Source: Bilabrum cf. latius
Lineage: Eukaryota
Length of the DNA stretch: 64,000 nucleotides
Reading direction: 5' to 3'
NCBI GenBank assembly: GCA_965178125.1
Contig: OZ237735.1
Coordinates: 2,604,001 to 2,668,000, forward strand
The notes below the pieces were generated by a model. That model did not search any database and was not told where the DNA came from. It saw only the letters and a list, made by a program, of their open reading frames with translations. The stretch's first letter is position 1, and each line of letters begins with the position of its first letter. The position numbers were made by a program, and so were the translations under genes. Positions 35,232-47,749 of the stretch are shown piece by piece.

Positions 35232-38200
35232 TCACATGCCCACCCTGGCCCTCAGCCCCCTCACGGGCCCCCTCTGCACGAAATCATAGCATGACATGCC
35301 AGCCCCGTTCAGCTTGCCGTCGTCAGCGCCAAGCCTGCACAGCAGCCGCACCAGCTTCATGTGCCCTGCGAGAGCGGCGGCGTGGCATGGCGTATTTCCG
35401 CGCAGGTCGGAGGCATCCACATCGGCCTCGTGCGTCCTGGCCAGCACCTGCACCAGCCGGCTGTAACCTCTGGAGGCGGCAGAGTGCAGCAGCGTGGTGC
35501 CGTCCTCGCCCCTGTCATCCACGCAGATGACTCCGGCGTGCAGCAGCGCAGACACCCGCTGGATGTCGTTGCGAGCCGCAGCATCGAAAGCAGCCGTCAC
35601 TCCCGCAGTGCATGCGCCGCCGCCATCCACGCCCTCATCCCCATCTTCATCGTCCTCGCTATCTCCGCCCTGGCTCCGGCTCGCAGCTCCCTCAAGGTCA
35701 GAGTCTTCCTCGACTGCCTGCGTGGCTGAGGCGCCCCTGAAGGTCATGTTCCCCGCGCTGATGGGAAGCTTCTCGGCGGGCGTCCGCGGCGGAGACCGCT
35801 CACCGTCCGATTCCACCAGCCCGCTGCTGTCGGCAGGGGAGTGGCTCCCTTGCATCGTGCCCCTCAACTCATCGTTATGGCCATCTACTGGCATGCCAGA
35901 GCCTCCGTGTCGCGGCGGAGTCCTGTCTCCGTCAGAATCTACAAGGTTACTGTCATCGGAGTCAGCAGCGCCTGCCCCAGGCAGTGAGCCAGGGCTAGCG
36001 GCTGGAGATCGGCAGGCACCACTTGGAGGGCTGAACGGCAGCTGGTTTGCCGTTTCTTGGTCTTTGCGCTCTCTTCTTCTTCGAGCTTTGGCAGCCAAGG
36101 GGCTTCCAAACGAACCGCTGTCCTCGCCGTCGTCCCCGAATGACCCTTGCTCTAGCACGGACTTCACCGTGAAGCTCCTCCCGTCCGATTCCACGAGCGA
36201 CACGGCGTCCTCACCGACCCGCAGCTCCCCATCCTCTGAGAATGCCTCCTCTTCCTGCCTCGCGCGGTCGCAGTCTTCCACCCCCTCCTCGTCCTGGTTC
36301 TGCTGCCCCTCAGATGCAGGCCCAATGAGCGCGCCCATGCCAAAGGCGACCCCGGCACCAACTTCCCTTTGGTTGCCTTCTCCCCGACGGTCTGGTGTCC
36401 TGCGAGGCACGGCCACGGAGCGTGGCCTTTCCAGCGAGCCGAACCCCGCCGGGCCCGGGGTCAGCCTCACAGGGATAAGACCGGCAAGGCCAGTGCCAGG
36501 TGTACCAGGGGAGGCCCTGCGCTCCTCTTTATCCGGCTCTGGTCCTGCCTGCGGGCCTAGTCTCGATCGAGACCGGCTTCGGCTCTGCATACTGCGAATA
36601 GCCGCGTCCAGGACCGGGCTGCTGCTGCTGCTGGTGCTGGTGCAATGGGCCGCCTGCCCCGACGGTGTGAGCAGCCCGCCCGCACACGTGGATTGCCCGC
36701 CGAGTGCATGCGACTCAGACTCAGCCGCTGCAATCGCTCGAGCTGCCGGGGATCTGATCGTCGGGCCCTTGTGCCTTGGCCTGGCGCCACCTCCTCGAGC
36801 TTTGTTCCTTGGCCTGCCAGAGTACTGTCCTCGGATGGATCCCAGCGATCGCGGCTTGGACGGGGGCGCCGGCCTCATCGAAGCACCACCGTGCAGTGCA
36901 TCCGCACTGGATGTCAGCTGGCCCGGCCCGGCCGCCCTGGAGCTCCCACCGCCGCCGTGATGCGCCACTAACCTCCTGCCCCTTCGCACGAACGACCTGC
37001 CGCCCACCCGGGCCTTGAACCCAGCCGCTCTTCCCGTCTCCCTCCCCCTGCCAACTGCCGCCTGCCTGCTTGAGGTGGCTTCAACCCTCTGCTGCTTCTC
37101 GGCCGCAGCACCTTTCGATCCGGTCTCCGTCTCCGCAGCCGCAAACACGGCGTGCAGACTCCTGCGACTGGAATCCAGCGCGGCCGCCACACTAGTTCGC
37201 CTGTCGCTTTCCCTCTCCGTTTCCATTTTCCTTTCGCCGCTTGCCCGTTCGTTGCCCTGCCCACCATGGCGTTGATCTTTCCGGCTTGCCTGCTCCTCCA
37301 GCGCCGCCTGCCTCCGCCTTCGCTCCTCTGCGTCCGCCCAGTGCACGTGCAGCGAGCCGTCCATCTCCATTGCCGTGGTTGCGTCTGCAAGCTGCTCCCT
37401 ATCCTGCTGTTCCCTGCTGCGCTGCCGCCCTCCTCGCAGCGCAGACCTGACCTGACACGGTGTCTTGCTGCCGTCCTTGTTCCCCGCCCCGCTGCCTCCG
37501 CTCCATACCAGCCCCCGAATGGCGCTGACTCGGCGCGTGGCAGACGCTGCGGATCCCACCCTGCCCGGTGTCCGAGACACGCCATTGCTGTGCTGGCGCT
37601 GATGGAGTGCCCGTCGCACATCACCCCCTGAATGGTGCTCTGGAATAGCAGCAGAGCAGCCGTGCACAGGCGCATGCACAGGCACTGGCACAGGCGTGCG
37701 GGCATGCTCCCCACCCTCGGGGGTGAGCCGCTGCTTGCTGATACCCCGGCTGCCGGTCAGATCTGCCGTGCACGCTCGGCGCCCCTGCACAGACCCCCCT
37801 CGTGAATGCAGCCTGAACACCGCTGCAGACAGAGGGCCCGATCTTCGGCTGCCTGGCGTTCGGTTCCTGCTGGTCTGCTTGCCTCCAGAGTACCGGTCGC
37901 TTCGGCCGGCAAGCGATGCGGCAGCCTTGCCCTGGCTCCAACGAGCCATCTTTTCGCTTGAAGTCGAGTGTTTGGTCAATCTGGCAGCTTTGGGCTGCGC
38001 TGCAGACCCGCCTGCCTCGTCCGCCGCGCTGTTCCGTCTGGACCTGATCAGCTGAGACTATGGAGTTCGCGCGGGCGCCCCAGCCAATTCGCGAGCTCTA
38101 CTAGAGCCTATAATCTGCTTGGGAGACTTTATTCCGCTTTGGAGATCTCGAGAGAGCATACTTCGAGAAGAAGCAACTGGTGTTCCGGCTGGCGTAGCTC

Positions 38201-38327
38201 GCGAAGCCACGCCAGAATGGATACTTAACGCCGTGCTATACTTTGCCGACTGTGATGCTCTGTAGCACCCAATAGTTGCATTTGTTGCTGTTCTGGTCAT
38301 TGCAGAGCCCACACTCTCGAACCCCAT
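35232..38327 (-). CDS. Low-complexity protein with C-terminal ankyrin repeats
   Basis: GTTLLHSAASRG and GNTPCHAAALAGH ankyrin motifs. ORF 38058-38327 joins in frame via TAG 38058; TGA at 35232. Confidence 0.75.
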
Positions 38328-38564
38328 AGAGCTTTCCCCGATCTAGGTATCTAGTTGTCTGTCCACACCCCCAAAAGTGCAATTCCGGGATTTAAGGCGA
38401 GTATTTGTAGCATTAGACTTTAGTGATGTCCTATACATTGGTTCAGCTGCAGCCATCGCGTTCTGATGTGCAATCTGAAACGGGTGTAAACATCTGTTTT
38501 TTGTTTTCATGCACGCTACAATTCGATTCTGAACAATTGCATTTTTCCGGTCCACTGAGGATGC

Positions 38565-40646
38565 ATGGAGAATCACTCTGGCAGTTGTAGCCGACTGAGT
38601 GAAGTACATGTATCAGTTAATGCCTCTCACTCGCGATTGACGGCACACCACGCTCATGTTAGCACGTTTGCAGCCTGTGCGGTCCTGATCGGGTTATCAG
38701 CAGTTTCATTCGTCGCTGACCAGACGTATCCTTTCGTGTCGCTAAAGTGCCTCCGTCATGCTGATGATAGTAGAGCGACACAGATTGACCCAACGCGTGG
38801 GCTTCCAGAGGACATCGATTGCCAAATGCAGCGGAGTGTGTGGGTTTCCACTGACGGCAGCATGCAGCTGACCAGAATAGACGAAACGTTCGAGCTTGTC
38901 AATGTTAGCCTCGTTGAGCTTCACAACAGTGCATTAATCTCCGGATCACCTGCATCCGATACCAGCGATTCTGGGTCTCGTGCGCATGCAGGAGTTGCAA
39001 GCGAACGGGACGAAGACCGTGTCCGCTGCGTGGTGCAGCTTGAGACTCCAGACACCGGGCGTCCTTTCATTGAGTTGGCTTCCTACCCACTGCACGAGTG
39101 CCAGCGCGCCGAGAAGCTCACGGAGGAGGTGCAGGGGTTCCTGTCCAAGGCAGCGCGGCACTAGAGCAGGCGCCTGAGCCTTGACATAGAAAGGGACGGC
39201 TCCTTCTGGGTGGAACTGGCCTGGATCCTGTTCGCGGTACTCGCTGTGGCGGCCTCCACCTGTGCGCCTGCCGTCAGCCGCACCTCGATCGATGCGACCG
39301 ACGGCACGGTCACGCAGACGGACACGAGCATCGTGCCCTGCTGCGTGCGGAACCTCAAGGCCAGGCCTCTGGGCGCAGTGCGCGGCGCCGCTGTGGAGGA
39401 AGTCAGGGTGCTGCAGCCGGCCGCCCGGTTCGATCTGGCGGCCCTCGTGGAGAGGAGGCTCTACAGGGCTGTGCTGCGGCTCGAGCTAGAGGGCAATGCA
39501 GTCGCATACCCTGGGGCAGGGGCAGGGGCAGGGGCAGGGGCAGGGGGTGAACAGAGGCACCGCGGGCGCGTATATTCGCAGGAAGCTCATGTGGGAGGCG
39601 CAGGCGCGGCACACAGCGGCCGCAGGCGGCACGTGCAGAGCAGGGCAGCATCGAACCAGCGGCCCAGCGAAGAGCACAGGCACGCAACCCCAGCTGGAGC
39701 TTTGCCAGGGCCAGGGCCAGGGTCCATGGGAGCAGCGGGCGCCGCTGCGCCTGTGGTCGCTGCGGAAGGCGCATTTTCTGGAAATCAGGGGAACGTTGCT
39801 GAGTAGGCTACCGGAGTGGAACTGCGTCCGTTGCCATTGCCCGCATCGTCAGCTGCAGGATACGATGCCGTCGTGAGTGCAACCGCTCCCTCCGGTGGCG
39901 AGGCAGCACGATCCAGCGTGCATGCAGCAGGCGCAGAAGCTGCCGCGCAGCCAAGCGCCGCTGCGGTGCACGCCGCAGCGCCGCATTCCGACCTGCGAGA
40001 CCTCGTTGATGATGCCGTGCAGCAGCAGACCGACCGCACCTAGATGCGCCAAGCTGCTGCCGCTGCGGCTGCAGCGGCAGCCCCTCGAGAGTCCACCCTG
40101 CCCCTCGGCCCGCTCGTGGCAGACAGGGCACAGGCGGACAGGACCCGGGCCTCCGTGGAGCGGTACCTGCTGCGGTGCGAGGAGACCTGGCCCGGGTCTG
40201 TGCGGCTCGTGCCCGAGGAGCAGGGCCATGGTGATGGTGACCCGCAGCAGCGGTCGGTGCCGTAGGCAGTGCTCGCGGGCTGGGCGGGGATGCAGTCGTG
40301 GTCTAGCCATAGAGGGGTGGCGGGCGAGGAGCTACATGGGCAGGGCACAGACCATGTCGTCGAACCGGGCGAGTCGGCGGAAGAAGAGGGGGAAGCGGCA
40401 GGCGCAGGACAAGCCAGCAGCAGTGGGGACCAACAATGCGGCAAGCCGCGTGCCTTTGGTGCTGCCTAGTGCGTGGTGTGCTAGGAGCAGCGGTCGGGCA
40501 CGTCGGCTGGCCCCACAGTGGTGCTGCTGCCCTGCCGACACATGTGCATGTGCGAGGGGTGCGCAGTGGCCGCCGCCCGTAGTGGCATGAGCAGCTGTCC
40601 GGTGTGCAGGGCGCAAGTTGTTGCATCTTTGACAGTGTTTGCTTGA
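38565..40646 (+). CDS. Membrane-associated protein with C-terminal RING-HC finger (probable E3 ligase)
   Basis: Five same-frame ORFs joined by TAG (39162, 39804, 40041, 40263, 40467, 40482). C-terminal CVVC(TAG)E..VVLLPCRHMCMCEGCA..CPVCR, absent from the ORF track. Two hydrophobic segments; TGA 40644-40646. Confidence 0.8.
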
Positions 40647-40726
40647 CAAATTCGTTCTGCTTGAGTGATTTCCCGGGTCTGGCGTGCCGTGACATGCCGC
40701 TTCGCGTGCGTACCTTGCGTCGTTCA

Positions 40727-43700
40727 TCACTGCCGACCAGGCGTCTCACCTCCGTCGCTGCCGCTGCCATCAGGGCCCAGTGCAGCATCTCCCCTGCGTA
40801 GTCGTGGCACCAGCCGCCCCGCGCCCCCCCGGATGCTCGCAGCACCCGGGTCACACTCGTCCTCCTTTGCATCCCCCCACAAGCCGCCCGCACGCCCGCT
40901 AGCCTCGGCTCCCTCACCCCCGTTCTCCCACTCCACCTCCAGGCCCTGCACCTCGGCCTCTAGAGTGGGAATCTCGGCGAACCCGGCGTACTGCCCGCCA
41001 AGCGATAGCATGACCCGCCTCCACGTCGAGCTGCCGCCAGCTGAAGGCCCGGCCACCTCGTCCCCAGCGGCCCCCTTCCCCTTCCCCTTCCCCTTTGCCT
41101 CCTGATCCGGCCTCGATCCGAAGTATGGCGCGCTGTGTCCTCGCCCTGCAGCTTCCAGGACCAGCGCCCAGGGGTTCTCGTGCTCGACCACTACCCAGCT
41201 GCCCTCCCGCAGCTCGCGCTCCAGCTATCCGGGGGCCCATCCGCTGAGGCTCTCAAACCCCACCACGTCCTCCAGCTCAGCAGCACCCGAAGGGGCCGTT
41301 CGGGCCTGACCGGCAGCAGCGCGCACGGCTGCTCGCTGAAGCTGGGATGGTTTGGCATTGGAGAGCACCTGCAGCACGGACACATCCACCTCTTCCTCTG
41401 CGTCATCCGCATCCTGCTGCTTTGCCGATGCACGAGCATCTTGCTTGGCCCCGTGCTGCCTTCCCTTCCCCTGCGCCACGGCACCTTGCCTAAGTACCAC
41501 AGGCAAAGAGAGCACTGCATCGCCCCCGAGACGAGAGTCGGTGTGCAAAGAGAAGGGAGATGTTCGCAGCGGGCCGCCGCACAGTAGCGGGATCTCTCCG
41601 GCCGCGTGGGCTGCCAGCGCGCGGGTTGGGCCATCCCTCCCAGACTCGCCGGTCGCCTGCAAGCCTTCTCCGGTCGAGGTGCCGACAACACGATCCAATC
41701 GGCTCCGCCGTGCGTGCAGTACGTCCGCCAAGGAACCGCCCTTACTTTTCTGGCTGCGGTGCAAGTCTCGCTTGCTTCTGTATCGCTCCCTTATGCGAGG
41801 GTAGCAGTCCTCTGCAAACACGTCGGATGGTGACGCGCCGTCGAGCACGATCGGGGCGTGTCCAGACGCACCGTCCACGGGAGATCCCGATGAAGACGAT
41901 GATGTCGTTGGCAGTGCGCCTGCCAGCCCAAGCACGCTCTCGTACGACACCGAACCATCGAACTCGTCCGCATCATCAGTTTGAGAGGCATCGCCGACTG
42001 CTTCATCGGCTACCGAATCCTCCCCAGTCCCGGCACCGTCTCCCTGCTATGCGTCGCTGGTATCTGCTGTGTCCGCTGCTGCATCGGATACGCCGAGTCC
42101 AATTGACCTATCCAGCAGCCAGTCCTCGTCGTCCTCCTGGCCGACGCCCTCCCCTGACAGATCCACGGGCCCGAGCCCAGAGTCCCGCGCATGTGCAGCC
42201 CGGCCCCGCCGCCACCTTGCTGGGGGCACCGGGGATCTGAGTTGTGAGCCGCCGGTTGTTGCACCAGTGCCAACATCGTCACTTCCACGCCATTCTCCGT
42301 CGCTCTCTGCATCCGATCCTGCCGGAACGCGAGCACCTGAGCGACCTCCTCCCAGCTATGGGATGTCCGGCGCATCCTCAGATCCCGATTTCTCCATCAG
42401 CAAGCGGGCGAGAACCGCGCTGTCCCTGCCCATGTCCCCGGTGAGCTCGAACCCGAGCTTGCTCGCAGCGGTTGCCAGCTTGTGGGAGGCGCGCACGATG
42501 GCCTGCACCTCGTTCCGCATCGAGGGGGGCAGCATGGAGCTTAAGACCGCCAAGTCCTCGTCAAGCGGCGGCTGGCTATCGCTGCCTGATTTCTTCGAAC
42601 CGCCCTCGTCGTCCTCGCCGTCCAGCAGATCTGCCGCCCACTCCGACATGACGGCCACGTCCTTGGCAAAATCAGGTGCGGTGGCCAGCATGTTGGCCAC
42701 CTCAGACAAGAGGTGGTCGCCACCTGGCACACGGGCGGCTCCCATTCCCTCTCCGCCCCCCATGGGCACAAGGGCATCTTCCTCCCGTCTGGCGATGTGC
42801 TAGTTCACGGTCATGTCGCGACCCGGCTCGACCACACCCACGGTGCCGGGCTGCATGTTCAAGCTAGAGCCTCGCAAGGTCGCGGACCTGCTCCACACCT
42901 CTCGAAGACCCTCGATGTGCGCTTTAATGTCGGGATCCAATCCCAGCTTCGCGTGGGCAGACATGGCCCCAAGTGCATCCACCACGATGAACGGCATCGA
43001 AGCGCTCCCGGTCCCAAAGCACTCGTGCATGGGCCTGGGACTGGCCAGGTCGATGCCCCCCAGCTCTGATCTGCGTCGCGAAGTGCGCGCCGCCGTAGAC
43101 GCTTGCCCAGAGCTTGAAGAAGCGGAAGCATCCTTCCCCTAGCCCCCCCCTTCCCCGGCAAGTTCGGTGGCATCTCTACGAGGCGCCCACTGCCGCTCCA
43201 TCGCTCTCTTTGCTAGCTTCTTCCTGGCGACCCTCTCTTTCTTTCGCCTGACGAGCTCTTCCACATCGATGGCCCCGCGGGCATCCACGGGCAGTCGCAC
43301 CGGCCGTCCCTCGGCGATGGCCTACCTCGCCTTGCTCGGCAGCGCGTCTGCAATGGCCTCCACGCTCTGCATGAGCACATACCTGGCCGCCTCTCCCTTG
43401 GCCTCCTCGTAGTCCTCGTGGCTCGAGTAGGCGTCCGGGTCTAGCGAGTCCTCCTCGCTATCAGAATCGCTGCCGCTAGAGTCTGACTCGGATGTAAGGT
43501 CAGAGTCAGAATCAGAGTCAGTATCGCTGCCTTCGTCGTCGGTGCAGTCCGTGTCAGACTCATCGTCGTCGATGCCGAGCGCCGAAGCAGCGCCACCAAG
43601 CCGTCCATCTGCGGCACCACGCAGGAATGCATCCTTCGGGTCGAAGTCGCTGCTGTTGGGCGGCAATAGGGCCGCTTCAAAGGAGCCTGCAGCGACCGAA

Positions 43701-45586
43701 CCACCCGTTGTAGACTATGAACTAGACTATGAGCCTTCCCCGGAGGGCGTCTTGACCCGCTTCCACTGACCTTCGAGCATCCACGGCTCGATGTCGTCGA
43801 TGCTGCCATCGCTGCTTGCCTCTGGCACCATGTCTGGATCCGGGGTCCAGTCTGCCGATACGTCCACCTCGACTGTGCGGTAGGCAGCTCGAATGAACTG
43901 CGCCAGGAGGCTGTCGCTGGGGACGTGCACCGTCCTGTGCCTTGGGTCCTCAGTTGCACGCGACTGCGGCTGCTAGCCCGCTTGCTCCACCGCAGAAGGC
44001 TTCGCCGATCCGTCGCTACTGCTTGAAGACTCGCCGAACGCGTAAGGCTCGGTCCGTCTAGGCGCGCTTGCTCCGGAACTCTAGCCCCACATCGGAGTGC
44101 CCGCCTCGCCGACCTGCATGGGCGGCACCGGCATGCCGGAGAGTTCCTGCAGCAGCGCGCCTGTGCCTGACCCTGTGCCTGTACCAGTGCCTGTGACGAG
44201 ATCCGATTCAGCATCGGAAGAAGACAATTGAGACGATGAAGCTCTAGCGGGTCCGTCAGGAGGCAGTGCTGGTAGGGAAACGCTCCTGGCGGGGTCGGTC
44301 TCTCGCAGTACCGCCATCGGTTGCAATCGGAAACCGGTGCTGGCGCTGCTGCTTGGAGCACGGCGCGCTTGTGAGCTGAGCACGGTCGAGGAGCTCTGCA
44401 GATCTACCTCGCTGCTTCTGCGAGAGTAGTCGCTTGCTTCAGCGCTATTGCCATCGCTTCGTCGCGTTCGTCCCATCCGTGGGGCAGCCCTGTCCCCGCT
44501 GTTCCCTGCGGCGCCTCCACCGATCCTAACCTCTCTGGCCTCTCTAGCCGCGGCCATGCGAGTACCGTGCTGCTACTGGCCGCTGGATGTGCCAGCCACC
44601 AGCTGCGGTCCCATGGTTGCGCTGCCTTGTGCCTGCCAAGACTGGCAGTGGGCAGACAGCCGGCTCCAGACCGGGTCTGCGAATACGCCCATGCGAGGAG
44701 AGCGACGGATAGACGGCAGCTCTGGAGGTGCACGCACTTGCTACCCACCCCCCTAAGTGTCTTGTTCGTTTGAATGCACGGACTCGCGCGCCCCGCCCCT
44801 GGCCGATTCGCCCGCTGCCTCAGGAGCAGCACCGTGATGACGTTGCGGAGGTGACGACGGCGACGGTCCCGCTGTGCCAGCCGTCGAATGACCACCCGCC
44901 TCGCTGCCTGAAGAGGGGATTAATCTTCCGTAGGGAGGAAGGGATGCATCGATATGCCAGGAGTTTACAACGACGCCGAATGCCCCCGTCTTTGGGCTGT
45001 AGTCCACGACGAAAATGAGGCTTTTATGGAAATTAGATGAAGGCATCATGGGGTGAGCCACCAAAAATGTGCCAGGTCTAGGCTGTCCAGAGATTCTGCA
45101 CTCCCCACTTGGAGGGCGATTGGAATCAGGATGGCTTGCACCCGCCCTTCTTGGGCTCTCGAGTGGGCCAAGCACGCCAAGCCTCCGAGCTCTCTGCAAC
45201 GCCGAATTTAAAGCCTTGATGACATCGAAAGACGCATCCAAAGACAACTTCAAGCCTTGACTATTGATGGAAGGCTCCAACGATTCCTGCCGAAAACACT
45301 TTTTTGCAAGCTCGGCAAATCCACGGGCCGTCGGAAGGTAAAATTCGCGACCACCTGGAAGCACGGCTTGATCAAGCCCCCAGCGAGAGATGCACTCGGT
45401 ATCTTGACGGAGAATGACAGCCTGCAGGGGTTAATGTCAGAAACGGATGCATTGGAAGATGCAAAAACAGCCAGCCAGACGTGTGCTCCACCATCGTCGC
45501 TCTCTTACTTTCAGCTGAGGGTTCCTGTCAAACTGCCTGCACAGCCGAAGCACCGACCTAAATATTGCTTTAAAACCCCTATCCAT
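40727..45586 (-). CDS. DUF179 (AlgH/YqgE-like) domain protein with very large acidic/low-complexity insertion
   Basis: Nine same-frame ORFs joined by 13 TAGs. PGTFLVAHPMM..NFHKSLIFVVDY..GAFGVVVN near 45000; LCGGP and SGWAPG(TAG)LERELREGSW near 41200-41600. Probable first exon 45586-45509 and intron 45508-45422; TGA at 40727. Confidence 0.75.
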
Positions 45587-45738
45587 TCTTGAATAGTTGC
45601 CGAGAAAGCAAGGAAATAGAAGAAATTGAGTCTCAGCGAATCCGCCACCATGATGATGATGATGATGACATGATCATTCTGCTGCTTCTGTTCTTCTCTT
45701 CTTTGTGTGCCACGTACTGTAATGACAACACACTTGCA

Positions 45739-47418
45739 TCAATTACACTTACGCATGTGCGTCCTGAGTGAGCCTGCCTCCCCAAATGCCTTGCCGCACA
45801 CGCTGCACTCGTGATTCCGCTGGCCCAGATGCACAGTGGACTCGTGCCTCCTGAGTGAGCCTGCCCGCCCAAATGCCTTCCCGCACACGCTGCACTCGTG
45901 CTTCCGCTCGCCCAGATGCACAGTGGACATGTGCCTCCTGAGTGAGCCTGCCCGCCCAAATGCCTTCCCGCACACGCTGCACTCGTGCTTCCGCTCGCCC
46001 AGATGCACAGTGGACTCGTGCCTCCTGAGTGAGCCTGCCTCCCCAAATGCCTTCCCGCACACGCTGCACTCGTGCTTCCGCTGGCCCAGATGCACAGTGG
46101 ACTCGTGCGTCCTGAGTGAGCCTGCCCGCCCAAATGCCTTCCCGCACACGCTGCACTTGTGCTTCCGCTCGCCCAGATGCACAGTGGACTCGTGCGTCCT
46201 GAGTGAGCCTGCCCGCCCAAATGCCTTGCCGCACACGCTGCACTCGTGATTCCGCTGGCCCAGATGCACAGTGGACTCGTGCCTCCTGAGTGAGCCTGCC
46301 TCCCCAAATGCCTTGCCGCACACGCTGCACTCGTGCTTCCGCTCGCCCAGATGCACAGTGGACATGTGCCTCCTGAGATCACCTGCCTCCCCAAATGCCT
46401 TCCCGCACACGCTGCACTCGTGCTTCCGCTCGCCCAGATGCACAGTGGACATGTGCCTCCTGAGATCACCTGCCTCCCCAAATGCCTTCCCGCACACGCT
46501 GCACTCGTGCTTCCGCTCGCCCAGATGCACAGTGGACATGTGCTTCCTGAGTGAGCCTGCCTCCCCAAATGCCTTCCCGCACACGCTGCACTCGTGATTC
46601 CGCTCGCCCAGATGCACAGTGGACATGTGCGTCCTGAGTGAGCCTGCCCGCCCAAATGCCGTCCCGCACACGCTGCACTCGTGCTTCCGCTCGCCCAGAT
46701 GCACAGTGGACATGTGCCTCCTGAGATCACCTGCCTCCCCAAATGCCTTCCCGCACACGCTGCACTCGTGCTTCCGCTCGCCCAGATGCACAGTGGACAT
46801 GTGCGTCCTGAGTGAGCCTGCCCGCCCAAATGCCTTCCCGCACACGCTGCACTCGTGCTTCCGCTCGCCCAGATGCACAGTGGACATGTGCCTCCTGAGT
46901 GAGCCTGCCCGCCCAAATGCCTTCCCGCACACGCTGCACGCAAATCCGTCAGCTGAGACACCTCCAGCTGCTTCCCCTCGCCGCCTCTTCGCCCCCCCTC
47001 CGAGTCGCGTCCTGATGCCATTCTCTTCGTCTCTACTCCGCAATGCCGGCCTGCCCCGCTTTTGCCCCAACGAGGCACTGCTAGCACTGTCTGTAGCTGT
47101 AAATGAGCTTGAATGTGCCATCAACCGCGGCATCGTGCAACTGCCGTCAGTGGATGGACCTGATGATGCCATGACGGACACGGGAGCACCGGCGGCAGGT
47201 CGCGACTAGCTTGGACCGACGGACCTAAACTTGGCCCTATCGCGAGATGGATGCAACGCCTTTCCTTTCGGCTGTGCGCCTCTACTGCCCCATCGACCGC
47301 TGCTAGCCGATGATGATCCGGCAATCGTGTCGAGAAAATCAACATCACTGCCGCCTGCGTCGCTGTCACTGCTGACGAGATCGATCACCTTCCCTGAGCT
47401 TGCATCAGCTTGGGCCAT
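45739..47418 (-). CDS. C2H2 zinc-finger array protein (14 fingers, last C2HC-like)
   Basis: Repeated CSVCGKAFGxAGxLRxHxSTVHLGxRxH. N-terminal extension via TAG 47206 to ATG 47418 (tentative); TGA at 45739. Confidence 0.9.
45752..46938. repeat. 87-bp coding tandem repeat, about 13.6 near-identical units (zinc-finger minisatellite)
   Basis: Direct inspection; one unit is one 29-aa finger. Confidence 0.95.
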
Positions 47419-47749
47419 AACTTCCACTTCTACCAGATACGTGCCAGGGCAATTCGCAACTGATTCCACTACAGGGTCAGACTCGTTCGTGACAGGTGCA
47501 ACCAGCGATCTGACTACCAGTAGCACTTTTTAACGGCCAGCGCTGACTTGATCGACCTTGTATAAATCGTTTCCTTCCTTTGCACTGTGATTCAAGAATC
47601 CAATGTCAATGAAGAGACTAGAAATGGTGCAAACCACCCTGGACGTCGCGATTCTGAGTTGCGTGCACTTTAATGCCCCTGATGCTCACCTCCGAGTTCG
47701 ACAAACCGCGGGCTCCACTCGATCTAATGGCCGACATGACACCCCACAC

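Noticed and set aside
45752-46938. CRISPR-like array
   Set aside because: Contiguous 87-bp in-frame coding repeats with no unique spacers, in a eukaryotic context.
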